Counted from the stretch's first letter, positions 10,965-22,441 are shown. The stretch: DNA of 64,000 bases from Methanomassiliicoccaceae archaeon (GCA_963728405.1 CAVSJV010000007.1:288001-352000), one strand, 5' to 3'. Numbers and translations are program-made. The notes: generated by a model not told the origin, from the letters alone.

Positions 10965-11684
10965 TTATACAAACTCGAAGGCCGTCCCACAGACCCGACA
11001 CGAAATGTCCCCCTCGCCTAGCTCGGCCCCGCACTCCGGGCAGTGGTTTCCCAGAATGGTCCCGCAGGCGCAGGTCTCCGCGCCCACTGCGACCGGTCGG
11101 CCACATACTGGGCAGCCAGGGGGAGCAGGCTGCAGGAATCTTTCCCCGCAACGACCACAATATGTATCGCTCTCACTGACCTGGAATCCACAGGTCGGAC
11201 AGGAGAAGCTCCCGCCTTCGGTAACGAAGATGACCCCACATGAGCAGCCGGTCGCCCCCTCTTCCAGCTCCATGCCGCATGCTGGACAGGGGTTCGCAGG
11301 CACATTTTCCTTCTCGATCTTGCTCTCTTCCTCGGATGGTGATGCTTCCGGGATGGGCGGTTGGACATAGTCACGAGTGGTGGTGCTCTCCCATCCCTTT
11401 ATGGCAACGGTCCGCCGACAATAAGGGCAGTTACCAACTCGGGCTAGACATATCGAGTGAAAGACCCTCCCGGACGTACATCGTACGTATTCGGTCCCCT
11501 CTTTGATCTTGCCCATGCAGATTTGGCATATCTCCGGTTGGACCTTCGGACCGGTGACTTGGACCCGCGGTCGGCCTTTTGGCTCCTGAGGGCCCTGGTC
11601 CGGGGCGTTGCCCACGTAGATGTATCTCTTGAACAGCTTCCCGAAACCGGAGCCGGTCAACAATGCACCTATGGGTAGGAACAT
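10965..11684 (-). CDS. multi-zinc-ribbon protein with RING-like N-terminal finger
   Basis: CQIC..C..FHSIC..CPYC followed by four CPxCG-type ribbons; start uncertain. Confidence 0.75.
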   Translation of the reverse strand: MFLPIGALLTGSGFGKLFKRYIYVGNAPDQGPQEPKGRPRVQVTGPKVQPEICQICMGKIKEGTEYVRCTSGRVFHSICLARVGNCPYCRRTVAIKGWESTTTRDYVQPPIPEASPSEEESKIEKENVPANPCPACGMELEEGATGCSCGVIFVTEGGSFSCPTCGFQVSESDTYCGRCGERFLQPAPPGCPVCGRPVAVGAETCACGTILGNHCPECGAELGEGDISCRVCGTAFEFV

Positions 11685-12179
11685 CTCCAACACGAACGGT
11701 CGAAGCTGTTGGGATTTAAGGAGATTGCTTTCTAATTTGGCGCGCTGATAATAATGCCTGGTGGCCCTCTTGTTTATTCTACGAATAGGTAAAAGACGAA
11801 CGTTCGTATTTTTTTCAGACAGGTATCGAAACATTTTTAACTAACCGTGCCGAAGTGGGTGATAAATCGAGGAAAGGGAGCAATCTACGATATGTTAATA
11901 TACGAACATTCCATTTCCCGCAAAAAGCACCCAAGCCATGAGCCGTGTTCACATGCTAACAATGAGCGGCACAGGGTAATAGGCAGCTGTTTGTCCGGGC
12001 TGTGGGTTTCGAACGGGTGCGATCCAATAAGGTTGCCGCGCCCGGGAACTGGAGGATTCATGCTCGGTAGCGGGATAGTAATTAACCCCGTAAAGGGGGT
12101 CAAGCTGGCCGATAGACGTGAATATTGTATATCATCTACGGACGAATTATCGATGAAGAAGAATTTTGGAGGAGCCTGA

Positions 12180-15100
12180 ATGTCGGATAAGACGGGTGCA
12201 GTAATGGTCGTCGGAGGGGGTATCTCCGGCGTACAGACCGCGTTGGACCTTGCGGAGTCAGGGTTCCAGGTCTACCTGATTGAGAAGACGCCAAGCATCG
12301 GTGGAGTGATGTCCCAGCTGGACAAGACCTTCCCGACAAACGATTGTTCGATGTGCATTCTTTCGCCTAAATTGGTGGAGGCATCTAGACACCCCCTCAT
12401 CAACCTCATGACCTTGTCTGAGGTAACCGAGGTTGGTGGAGAGGCGCCTAACTTTAAGGTGAAGGTACGCCACAACCCCCGCTACGTCAGCATGGACAAG
12501 TGCGTGGGATGCGGCATCTGTGCCGAGAAGTGTCCAGTAAAGGTGCCGAACGAGTACGATGCAAGCCTGGTCAACAGGAAGGCGATACACATCCCCTTCG
12601 CCCAGGCTGTGCCGCTGAAGTACTCGATCGATGCATCGAAGTGTCTTAAGCTCACTAAGGGTCGCTGCGGACTTTGCGAGAAGAACTGCCCGGCCGGAGC
12701 GATCAACTATGAAGATAAGGCCGTGGATGAGACCCTAGATGTTGGAGCGATCGTTCTCGCTCCCGGATTCTCGGTCTTCGACGCTCGCCTGAAGAAGGAG
12801 TACGGCTACGGCGAGTACGCTAACGTCGTGACCTCCCTTGAGTTCGAGAGGTTCCTGAGCGCCACCGGCCCCTATGGTGGCCATGTGGTCCGGCCCTCTG
12901 ACCAGAAGGCCCCCAAGAAGGTCGCTTTCCTGCAGTGCGTCGGTTCCAGGGACGAGAAGGTGGGCAACACCTACTGTTCCTCCGTCTGCTGCATGTACGC
13001 CATGAAGCAGGCCATCATCGCCGGTGAGCACACCGCTGGACTGAAGCCAGTCATCTTCTTCATGGACATCAGGGCCGTTGGCAAGGAGTTCGAGGACTAC
13101 CGCGCCAGGGCCGAGAAGGAGTACGGCATTGAGATGCACCGCTCCTCTAGGGTAGCCAATGTCCTGGAAGACCCCGTGACCAAGAACCTCACCCTCCGCT
13201 ACTCTGATAGCAGTGGCAACGTGGCCGAGGAAGAGTTCGACCTGGTAGTGTTGTCCCTAGGTCTGGAACCGCCAAAGAACTCCGAGACCATCGGCAAGGT
13301 CTTCGGCGTGAACCTGAATAAGTTCGGGTTCGCCGGTACCAATGTCTACAGCCCTCTGACCTCCAGCCGCCCCGGCGTGTTCGTGACCGGCGCTTTCGCA
13401 GCGCCCAAGGATATCCCGACCTCGGTGGCCGAAGCTTCGGGAGCCGCGGCCAAGGCCGGTGCCTATATCTCTAACCGGAGGGGACATCTCGCCGAGGAAA
13501 AGAAGGCCGAGATCGACTGTCGAAGGACAAGAGCCCCGTATCGGTGTCTTCGTCTGCGACTGCGGTATCAACATCAAGGGGACCGTGAACTGTACCGTCA
13601 GTGGTCGACTACGTCAAGACCCTGCCGAACGTGGTCTATGCAGAGGAGAACAAGTACACCTGCTCCGCCGATACCCAGGAGCATATCAAGGACCTGATCA
13701 AGAAGGAGAAGCTCAACCGGGTCGTGGTCGCCTCGTGCACTCCCCGTACCCATGAGCCTCTGTTCATGAGCACTCTGAAGGAAGCGGGCTTGAACCCCTA
13801 CCTCTTCGAGATGGCCAACATCCGTGACCAGTGCTCCTGGATCCATATGGGCGAGCCCGAGAAGGCCACCCAGAAGTCCAAGGACCTTGTAAGGATGGCC
13901 GTGGCCAAGTCCCGGCTGCTGGAGCCCCTGTATGAGTCGAAGCTGCCGGTCACTCACTCATCTATAGTGATCGGAGGAGGCGTCTCTGGAATGACCGCTG
14001 CCCTGGACATCGCTGCTCAGGGATTCCACGTGGACCTCATCGAGAGGACCGGGGAACTTGGCGGAAATGCCATGAAGATCTACCATGAGGAGGATGGCCG
14101 CAAGCTCCGTGAGTTCGCCAAGGAACTCATCACCCGGGTACGGAATAACAAGAACATCACCGTGCACCTAGACACCAACGTCCAGGACGTCGGTGGGTTC
14201 GTCGGGAACTTCAAGGTAAAGACCACCGCCGGCGAGATTGAGACCGGTAGCATTGTGGTCGCCGTGGGCGCCGAGGAGTACAAGCCCAAGGAGTTCCTGT
14301 ATGGGCAGGATAAGAGGGTCGTCACCCAGCTGGAGCTGGAGGACCAGATGCAGAAGGGACCTGTAGCCGCCAAGAAGATCGCAATGATCCAATGTGTTGG
14401 TTCCAGGAATGCTGAGGCACCCTTCTGCAGCAGGGTCTGCTGTGCCAACGCCGTCAAGAACGCCATCAACTTGAAGAAGGCCAACCCGAAGTCCGATGTG
14501 TATGTGTTCCACAAGGACATCAGGACATATGGCTTCCGCGAGGAGCTGTACAAGGAGGCCGGCCAGGTCGGCGTCAAGTTCGTCAGGGTACCCGAGGACA
14601 AGCCCCCCATGGTCACCAAGGAGGGCGACAGCCTGAAGCTCGTGGCCACCGACACAATACTGGGCGATGACATCATGCTCACTCCCGACATGGTGGTCCT
14701 GAGCACTGGTATCCGTCCGCACCACGACAATGAGGAACTGGCCAAGATGCTCAAGGTGCCTCTCAGCAAGGACAAGTACTTCCTTGAGGCCCACATGAAG
14801 CTCAGGCCGGTCGACTTTGCCACCAACGGCATCTACCTCGCGGGTCTGGCCCATTGGCCAAAGTTCACCGATGAGGCCATCGCCCAGGCGTCCGGAGCGG
14901 CCGCCCGTGCAATGACCATTATCTCCAAGCCCGAGCTGAAGAGCGAGGGAGTGATTGCCGCGGTAAACGAGGACCTCTGCGACGGCTGCGCTATTTGCGA
15001 GCCGGTTTGCGAGTACAAGGCCATCACCATCGTGGCGGACCCCAAGAACCCTGAGAAGAAGAAGGCCATCGTCAACGAAGGTCTGTGCAAGGGCTGTGGC

Positions 15101-15202
15101 TGCTGCGTTGCGGCCTGCCCGTCTGGCTCCATGGAGCAGAGGGGCTTCAAGAACTCGCAGATAATCGCCGCGATCGATGCCGCCCTCGAGGAGAGTGAGT
15201 GA
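12180..15202 (+). CDS. hdrA: large HdrA-family flavo-iron-sulfur protein (two FAD modules), frameshifts near 13518 and 13595
   Basis: GGGISG, LDKTFPTNDC, QCVGSRD, CSSVCC, RIGVFVCDCGINI, ANIRDQCSWIH, C-terminal 2x[4Fe-4S]; three successive frames join into ~1000 aa. Confidence 0.9.
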
Positions 15203-15204
15203 AC

Positions 15205-15711
15205 ATGTCATCAGTACAACACGGACACGAGACCGCCGCTCCGGCGGCCAAACCGGCAGAGGGCCAGTTCGAGCCTAAGATCATCGCCTTCTGCTGCAAT
15301 TGGTGCTCCTATGCAGGGGCCGACCTGGCGGGTGTGTCCAGGCTGCAGATGCCGACCAACTTCTTGGTCATCAGGGCCATGTGCTCTGCCAGGGTGGACC
15401 CGGAGTTCGTTCTCCGGGCCTTCGCGAAGGGCGCCGATGGTGTCCTCGTCCTTGGCTGCCACCCAGCGGACTGCCACTACATCGGTGGCAACTATCGTAC
15501 CAGGAGAAGGATCGCTCTGCTCAAGATGCTGCTGGAGCAGTACGGACTTGACCCTGACAGGCTCGAGCTCAAGTGGGTCTCCGCCTCTGAGGGTGTAATA
15601 TTCCAGTCGACGATCAAGGAGTTCACCGAGAAGATCAGGGAGATGGGCCCCAACCCGCTCAAGGAGGCCGAGGAAGAGCGGCCCCATGGGCGCGGAGGAT
15701 CGCATCACTAG
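15205..15711 (+). CDS. mvhD: hydrogenase iron-sulfur subunit MvhD
   Basis: FCCNWCSYAGADLAG, CSARV, GCHPADCHY. Confidence 0.95.
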   Translation: MSSVQHGHETAAPAAKPAEGQFEPKIIAFCCNWCSYAGADLAGVSRLQMPTNFLVIRAMCSARVDPEFVLRAFAKGADGVLVLGCHPADCHYIGGNYRTRRRIALLKMLLEQYGLDPDRLELKWVSASEGVIFQSTIKEFTEKIREMGPNPLKEAEEERPHGRGGSHH

Positions 15712-15728
15712 GAGGATAGGTGGAATTC

Positions 15729-16739
15729 ATGGCAAAAGTCAAGATAGCACAATATTGGGGCGCCGGGTGCGGAGGCTGCGATGTAGCCCTCCTGGACATC
15801 GACGAGAAGATCCTTGGAGTCGCCGAGATGGCAGACATCGTGTTCTGGCCTATCGCAGTGGACACCAAGCTCAAGGACGTCGAGGCAATGCCCGACAAGA
15901 GCATCACCGTAACTCTGTACAACGGTGCGATCAGGAACAGCGAGAACGAGCACGTGGCCCGCCTGCTCAGGCAGAAGTCGGCCATCGTGGTGTCCTTTGG
16001 TTCCTGCGCCTGCTTCGGTGGTATCCCCGGGCTGGCCAATGTGACCAACAAGAAAGACCTGATGGACTATGTCTATAACCAGACCTTCTCCAGCATCAAC
16101 CCCGAGCACACCCGGCCACTCCCGAAGTGGGAGGGACCGGAGGGCGAGCTGGAGCTGCCTACGATGTACGACACGGTCCTCACTCTCGATGACGTAATCG
16201 ATGTGGACTACTACATGCCTGGCTGCCCGCCTACCACGGACCAGATCAATGCGTTCTTGTCCGTAGTGGAGAAGCATGTCAAGGAAGGGGCACCTCTGCC
16301 TCCGAAGGGCGCGGTCATCGCATCCCAGAAGACCCTGTGCGACGAGTGCGGCAGGACCAAGGATGTCAAGACCATCGACAAGATCGTCATGCCCTATGAG
16401 ATCGAGATCGACCCCAAGAAGTGCATGCTCGAACAGGGCGTCATCTGTCTCGGACCGGCCACCAGGGCCGGCTGCGGGGCGAAGTGCCTGCAGGCCAACC
16501 AGCCTTGCCGTGGATGCATGGGCCCGACCGCCGGGGTCATGGACCAGGGCGGCTCGATGCTGAGCGCTCTTGCCTCGGTCTTCAGGACCGCTGACAACGA
16601 AACCCAGCTGACTGAGGATGAGATCCTTACTCTGATGACCCAGATCAAGGACCCGCTGGGAACGTTCTATGCGTTCACCATGCCCAAGTCCATTATCAAG
16701 CGGAAAGTGAAGGAAAAGAAGGCAGGTGTTAAGCAATGA
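15729..16739 (+). CDS. mvhG: F420-non-reducing [NiFe] hydrogenase small subunit
   Basis: GCGGC, GSCACFGG, PGCPP, CLGPATRAGC, CRGC. Confidence 0.93.
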   Translation: MAKVKIAQYWGAGCGGCDVALLDIDEKILGVAEMADIVFWPIAVDTKLKDVEAMPDKSITVTLYNGAIRNSENEHVARLLRQKSAIVVSFGSCACFGGIPGLANVTNKKDLMDYVYNQTFSSINPEHTRPLPKWEGPEGELELPTMYDTVLTLDDVIDVDYYMPGCPPTTDQINAFLSVVEKHVKEGAPLPPKGAVIASQKTLCDECGRTKDVKTIDKIVMPYEIEIDPKKCMLEQGVICLGPATRAGCGAKCLQANQPCRGCMGPTAGVMDQGGSMLSALASVFRTADNETQLTEDEILTLMTQIKDPLGTFYAFTMPKSIIKRKVKEKKAGVKQ

Positions 16740-18250
16740 CCGGTCCGATAATCAGTGAACCGACTCACAAGTCTGAGTCGAAGAGGATCACCATCGACCC
16801 CATCACCAGACTGGAAGGTCACGGCAAGATCGAGATCTTCCTGAACGATGAGGGAAATGTAGCCCAGGCCTACTGGCAGGTGCCGGAGCTCAGAGGCTTC
16901 GAGAAGTTCTGCATCGGTAGGTCCGTCGACGAGCTGAACAAGATCACCCCCCGTCTATGCGGTGTTTGCCCCGGCGCACACCACCTCGCCGCCACCAAGG
17001 CGCTGGATGGTGTGTTCAAGACCACGCCCCCCTCTGCCGGAAGGAAGCTCCGTGAGCTGTTCTATGCCGCTCACTACGTGCACAGCCACATCGCTCACTT
17101 CTATGCCTTGGCGGCTGCGGACTTCGTCCTAGGGCCAATGGCTCCGGCCGAGAAGAGGAACATCCTTGGCGTAGTGGAAGCGGTGGGCGTTAACATCGGC
17201 GCCGAGGTCATCAAGCACAGGTCCTGGGCCCAGAAGGTCCAGGAAATGATGGGTGGCAAGGCTACCCACCCGGTGTGCGGTATCCCCGGCGGCATGTCCA
17301 AGCCCCTGTCCGAGGATGAGAGGAAGCAGGTCGAGGTATGGGCGAAGTCCACCGTGGAGTTCTCCAAGTTCACCGCCCAGCTCCTCACCGACGTGGTGCT
17401 CAAGAACGAGGATTATCTCGCCCTGATCACCAACCCTGGCATCTACTACAACGAGACCTACTACATGGGTCTGGTAGACAAGGACAACAAGATCAACTTC
17501 TACGACGGTGACCTCAGGGTCGTCGACCAGAAGGGCAAGGAGATGTGGAAGTTCAGCCCCGAGAAGTATCTCGAATACATCGGGGAGCATGTTGAGCCGT
17601 GGTCCTACGAAAAGTTCTGCTACCAGAAGAAGATCGGCTGGAAGGGCTTCACCGATGGCCCCGAGAGCGGCATCTATCGGTGCGCTCCGCTGGCCAGGAT
17701 CAACGCCTCTACTGGGTTCACCACCCCCCTTGCACAGGACTATTTCCTTCAGATGAAGGACTTCTTCAAGGGTCTTGGTGTCACCGGACCTATCCACCAC
17801 ACCATGGTCATGCATTGGGCCAGGGTCATCGAACTGGTCCACGCGGCCGAACTAATGGTTCAGCTGTCTCAGGACCCCGAGATCACCAGCAAGGACATCA
17901 AGAACCCCGTTGGCGAGCCTGGCGAGGGTATCGGATGCCTCGAGGCGCCCCGTGGCGTGCTCATCCACCACTATGTGGCGGACAAGAACGGCATAACTAC
18001 TGATGTCAACCTCGTGGTCGGCACCACCAACAACAACGCCCCCATCAACCTGTCCGTCAGGCAGGCTGCCAAGGCATTGATCAAGAACTGGCAGGTGTCT
18101 CCCGGTATCCTGAACGAGGTCGAGATGGCCTACCGGGCCTACGATCCATGCAATTCCTGCGCCACCCATACCCTGCCCGGCCAGATGCCCCTCAGGGCCG
18201 TGATCAGGAACCCCGATGGCTCGGTGTTCAAGGAGATCAAGAACTTCTAA
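16736..18250 (+). CDS. mvhA: [NiFe] hydrogenase large subunit (group 3c type)
   Basis: TRLEGHG, RLCGVC (L1), DPCNSCATH (L2) plus maturation tail. Confidence 0.95.
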   Translation: MTGPIISEPTHKSESKRITIDPITRLEGHGKIEIFLNDEGNVAQAYWQVPELRGFEKFCIGRSVDELNKITPRLCGVCPGAHHLAATKALDGVFKTTPPSAGRKLRELFYAAHYVHSHIAHFYALAAADFVLGPMAPAEKRNILGVVEAVGVNIGAEVIKHRSWAQKVQEMMGGKATHPVCGIPGGMSKPLSEDERKQVEVWAKSTVEFSKFTAQLLTDVVLKNEDYLALITNPGIYYNETYYMGLVDKDNKINFYDGDLRVVDQKGKEMWKFSPEKYLEYIGEHVEPWSYEKFCYQKKIGWKGFTDGPESGIYRCAPLARINASTGFTTPLAQDYFLQMKDFFKGLGVTGPIHHTMVMHWARVIELVHAAELMVQLSQDPEITSKDIKNPVGEPGEGIGCLEAPRGVLIHHYVADKNGITTDVNLVVGTTNNNAPINLSVRQAAKALIKNWQVSPGILNEVEMAYRAYDPCNSCATHTLPGQMPLRAVIRNPDGSVFKEIKNF

Positions 18251-18251
18251 A

Positions 18252-18300
18252 CCTTTTCCGACGAAACCCTTTCCCTTTCACATTTTTCATCATCTTCTTA
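18252..18300 (+). terminator. pyrimidine/U-rich terminator after mvhA
   Basis: CCTTTTCC...CCCTTTCCCTTTCACATTTTTC immediately after stop. Confidence 0.55.
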
Positions 18301-18340
18301 TGCGAAATCATCAACTATTTTGTAGGCGGTTCCTGGGCTC

Positions 18341-18956
18341 ATGGCCAAGATCGATCTGAAGATAGGAGCTGGGAGACCTTTATGGTGCCCATGGGGACCC
18401 AGCAATGATCACCGTACCGCCCATGAACTATCTCATGGTCGACGGGGAGGGCGATCCTGGGAACAGCATCCCTTATCAGCAGGCGATCGAGGTCCTATAC
18501 GGCCTTTCGTTCACGGTCAAGTTCATGCTCAAGAAAGAGGACGGGACCGATTATGGGGTCCTTCCCCTCGAGGGCCTTTGGTGGGCCGATGACATGGACA
18601 GCTTCGTGCTCGACGCTCGGGACAAGTGGAAATGGACATCCATGATCATGCAGCCGGAAATGGTCACCTCTGAGCATATGGGTCAGGCCATGTTCGAACT
18701 GAAACGCAAGAAGGACCCTCCCGCCCTGCCCAAGGTGAGATTTGAGCGATATGATGAAGGCCTCAGTGCCCAGGTCATGCATGTTGGCCCGTATGCGGAG
18801 GAGCGGCCGACGATCGAGCGCTTGCACGCTTTCATCGAGGAACAGGGATGCGAGCGGAGCGGCAAGCACCATGAGATCTATCTTAGTGATCCGCGCAAGG
18901 CTAAACCGGAGAAGCTCAGGACGATCCTGCGGCAGCCGATCAAGAGACTTGATTAG
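18341..18956 (+). CDS. GyrI-like small-molecule-binding protein, frameshift near 18363
   Basis: MAKIDLK + ELGDLY...VPPMNYLMVDGEGDP, PLEGLWW, HVGPY, HHEIYLSDPR. Confidence 0.85.
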
Positions 18957-18959
18957 TCT

Positions 18960-19784
18960 TCAGTATACGTAGCTCCGAGGTTTAGGAAGGGTGCGGACCC
19001 GGGCGCGGCTCTTTATCATCAACGCCCCAACAGTGCCTAGGTAGATGCCGTCAGGAAGATACACCTGCCCTTTCCGGATGTCCACCATCTCCTCGCCGAA
19101 GAGCGGTCCCAGAAGTTTCCCCCGCTCGACATTGACGGGGGAACCGCCCAGGGTGCGATTGAACGCCGGGACCATGATGATCTCCTCGGGAAGCTCGACA
19201 TAACGCTTGTGGGCCCGCTCGTTGATCTTTAACCTCACCCAACAAGGCTCCTTGCTCACATTCCCCAGGGAGTCCTCCAAGGCGATGGTCGGGTGGTTGT
19301 GACCGATGACCAACGTGCGGCAGGCCATCACATCCGGGGACGGCCAAGTATGGCCATGGGCATAGCCTACGTCCCCGATGCGGAAACCGGTGGAAGGATG
19401 GACATTCACGCCTTCTGGCAGGAAGTCCTCTATGTTGGTGTCATGGTTCCCCCGGACAATATCCACTTCTGAATAATGGCGTTTCATTGCCTGGAAGAAT
19501 CGGGGGATCTCGGCATACTCCTGTTGAGTGGAACCGGGCACCTTGTTCTTGATATCGCCCAAAAGGATCAGACGCTGGCGGCCAGCGCTCAGGGAAACGA
19601 GCTCTCGCTCCATGCGATGGGTCTGCGACGGTACATGCACTCCTTTCGAGCGCATCTCCGACTCGATGCCGACGTGCAGGTCTCCCACACATACCGCGAT
19701 ATCGGGGCCCCTGATCTCGAGGGCCAGATGATCGGGTATCGGACTAACGCTATCGGACATTCCTTCCTCTACTAAGCGAGACAT
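18960..19784 (-). CDS. metallophosphoesterase (calcineurin-like)
   Basis: GDLHVG, LGD, RGNHD, AHGH, GHNHP. Confidence 0.9.
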   Translation of the reverse strand: MSRLVEEGMSDSVSPIPDHLALEIRGPDIAVCVGDLHVGIESEMRSKGVHVPSQTHRMERELVSLSAGRQRLILLGDIKNKVPGSTQQEYAEIPRFFQAMKRHYSEVDIVRGNHDTNIEDFLPEGVNVHPSTGFRIGDVGYAHGHTWPSPDVMACRTLVIGHNHPTIALEDSLGNVSKEPCWVRLKINERAHKRYVELPEEIIMVPAFNRTLGGSPVNVERGKLLGPLFGEEMVDIRKGQVYLPDGIYLGTVGALMIKSRARVRTLPKPRSYVY

Positions 19785-19799
19785 GGGAAATACTTATCG

Positions 19800-20477
19800 C
19801 TAATGGCCAAGGGACAGGCGATCGGCGAGCATGCTCGGCAGTCCCGCCGCCCTCGTTCTGGACGCCACCTCCTCGATATCGTAGGCCACTCGACGGTTGG
19901 TGGTCTTCCTGGTCGCAGTATCGAAGATGGCGTAGCTGGCCTCCGGATCCCCATCTCTGGGCTGTCCGACCGAACCGGGGTTCACGATGGTGCCGGACGG
20001 ATAGCGCTTGATGAATGGGACGTGGGTGTGGCCCAGTACTAGCAGATCGCTCCTAGACATGCTTAGCAGGCCCTCCCGGCACTCATCTTCGTACAGGTAG
20101 TGATCGTCATCGAACGGCATCCCATGGTAGACGGCGATGCGAACCCCTCCGATCCTTAGGGCTAGGTGGCGCGGCAGCTCCCGCAAGTAAGCGAGGGACG
20201 CCGGGCTCAGCCGAGAGGCGGTCCAGGCGACAGCACTACTGGCCGCGGGGTTGAAGGACGACACATCGGCAGTAGTGACGGCCCGGTCATGGTTGCCTTG
20301 GATGGAGGTCACTCCCTTCTCGTGGAAAACGGCCACCGTCTCGTTCGGATATGGATAGTAGCCGACCACGTCACCCGCCGAGATGATGCGTTCGATACCT
20401 CGCCCACTCATATCCTCCAGCACCGCCGTTAATGCGATGAGATTGGCATGAACGTCGGAGATGAGGGCGAGCATCAT
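19800..20477 (-). CDS. YfcE/MJ0936-like metallophosphoesterase
   Basis: SDVHAN, GDVVGY, GNHD, GHTHVP, NPGSVGQPRDG. Confidence 0.9.
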   Translation of the reverse strand: MMLALISDVHANLIALTAVLEDMSGRGIERIISAGDVVGYYPYPNETVAVFHEKGVTSIQGNHDRAVTTADVSSFNPAASSAVAWTASRLSPASLAYLRELPRHLALRIGGVRIAVYHGMPFDDDHYLYEDECREGLLSMSRSDLLVLGHTHVPFIKRYPSGTIVNPGSVGQPRDGDPEASYAIFDTATRKTTNRRVAYDIEEVASRTRAAGLPSMLADRLSLGH

Positions 20478-20516
20478 CACCGACCGATTGCCTGGGTCAG
20501 TATAAAATTTTGGCCC

Positions 20517-21951
20517 TTACCGAACCTTCTTGAGGTTCCGTCTCAGGACCTCGGGAATATTATCGATGACGTCGGTGGCCATGAGGCTATAGCCTATCTT
20601 CTCGAACGCCAAGTCCCCGGCCGCCCCGTTGGTGAATGCGGAGATCCGCGCCGCGTTGTACGGGGAAACGTTCTTGGCCAGCAAGGCCGCTACTTCACCG
20701 GCCAGCACGTCACCGGTGCCGCCTACGCTCATGCCTGCGTTTCCGGTCTTATTCAACTTGGTCCAATGACCATCCGATATGACATCGATCTTCCCTTTTA
20801 CCAGGAGGACCACTCCCAGGTTTTTGGCCGATTCGGTGACCATTGGGATTCCGGCTTCGTAGTCCTTGGGCAGCCTCTGGCCGGTAAGGACCTCATACTC
20901 CTTGGCATGGGGCGTTATCACGCATTTCTTGTCTTTCAGCACCGTGATGTCCTTGGAGACGGCGGTGATGCCGTCGGCGTCGATCACCAGGGGCACCTCG
21001 CACGCCTTCACTATGGCCCGGACGGCGGCCTGGGTCTCCTCATCGGTACCGAGGCCGGGGCCGATGAGCATGGCGTCGGCCTGTTCCAGGAGCTTGGAGG
21101 TCGCGGGGACGTCCTTGAGATTCAATACATCATCGGAGAGCCGGTGGACGATAAGGTTCGGTGAATAGGAGGCGATGGGCGCGTAGGACAACCACGGCGT
21201 GGCGATCCTCACGAGATCTACCCCCATACGGTAGGCGGCCAGGCCAGCCAAAGCAGGAGCCCCGGTGAATGGTCCACCTCCTACGATCAGCAGCCTTCCA
21301 TTCTCACCTTTGTGAGTGTCCGTGCCCCTGATGGGGTAATATATGAACTCTCCAGGACCGACGAAGCGCTTTGCATCGGCCGGTACCCCGATGTCCTGTA
21401 CCACGATCTTGCCGGAGTTGGCAGGGGTCATCCCTTCCTTCATTGAGCTGAACGTGACCGTAACGTTGGGTCTTGACTTGCACGTCGGTGCCCAATCCGG
21501 AGGGGACATCGATGGAGATGATGAAGGTGCCAGAATCGTTGATGCGATTGATCAGGGTGCGGTAGGGCTCCCGGACATCGGAGAAGGTGCCTGTCCCGAG
21601 CAGAGCGTCCACCACGACATCGAATTTTGAAAAGTTCACGCCTACCGAGGAAGAGGATATGTGCTTCACTTTCTCGAACGCCCTCTTCGCTGCATCGGTG
21701 TGAATCTCTGCCGGAGGATTGGCCAGGAGGACCGTGACATCGTTGTGTCTCATCAGGTTTCTTGCGGCCACGAAGCCGTCGCCCGCGTTATTGCCCACGC
21801 CGCAGACCAGGGCGATCCGTTTACCGGTTCCGACCTCGCTCATGATCGTCTCGGCCGTTGCCTCGCCGGCGTTCTCCATCAGCGCGTCTATGGGAACTCC
21901 CAGGTGCTCGGAGTTGATGTCGAGCACCCGCACCTCCAGAAAGGGGAGCAT
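20517..21951 (-). CDS. nnr: bifunctional NAD(P)H-hydrate epimerase/dehydratase, frameshift near 21475
   Basis: LMENAG, GNNAGDG, DALLGTG, IDVPSG (YjeF-N) then HKGENG, IGPGLG, TPHAKE, GGTGDVLAG. Confidence 0.9.
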
Positions 21952-22150
21952 AACTCGGAGTATAATGCACCGGGAGTTAAAATTTTGGCATAGAAGTGGC
22001 CGAACATGGTTGAGGTACGCAGAGGTGACGCTCACACATGAGGGGTAAGCGATAACTCCCCCTATGCCTTTCATGTCTTCGATTCATCGGAATGGGGCTA
22101 GCATTTTATACTGGAATATCATTCGAAACCCACGGATAAGTGAAGAGTAA

Positions 22151-22441
22151 TTGAGCGACCTCAAGAGAATTGTTTTAGACGTACTGAAACCCCATCACCC
22201 CTCGATCGTTGAGCTCTCCCAGCGCCTCAGTGTGCTGGATGGGGTATCGGGAGTAAACATCACCATCATAGAGGTGGACCAGGATACCGAGACGGTTAAG
22301 ATCACCGTCGAGGGCAACTCGATCATATATGATGATCTGGAAAATGCCATCATCGAGGCTGGCGCAGTCGTGCACTCCGTGGACAGCGTGTCCACTGGCA
22401 AGAGGCTGGTCGAAGAAGTGGAGACCTCTCAGGATCGCTGA
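22151..22441 (+). CDS. DUF211-family protein
   Basis: RIVLDVLKPH.PSIVEL...GAVVHSVD pattern. Confidence 0.85.
   Translation: MSDLKRIVLDVLKPHHPSIVELSQRLSVLDGVSGVNITIIEVDQDTETVKITVEGNSIIYDDLENAIIEAGAVVHSVDSVSTGKRLVEEVETSQDR

Noticed and set aside
13500-13610. Programmed frameshifting or selenocysteine/pyrrolysine recoding in hdrA
   Set aside because: Breaks are frame changes without an in-frame TGA/TAG or slippery site, and similar indels occur throughout the window.
14168-16736. Long antisense ORFs (also 8060..8968, 58205..59236, 63197..63976)
   Set aside because: They shadow well-supported genes on the opposite strand, as expected from GC-rich codon bias.
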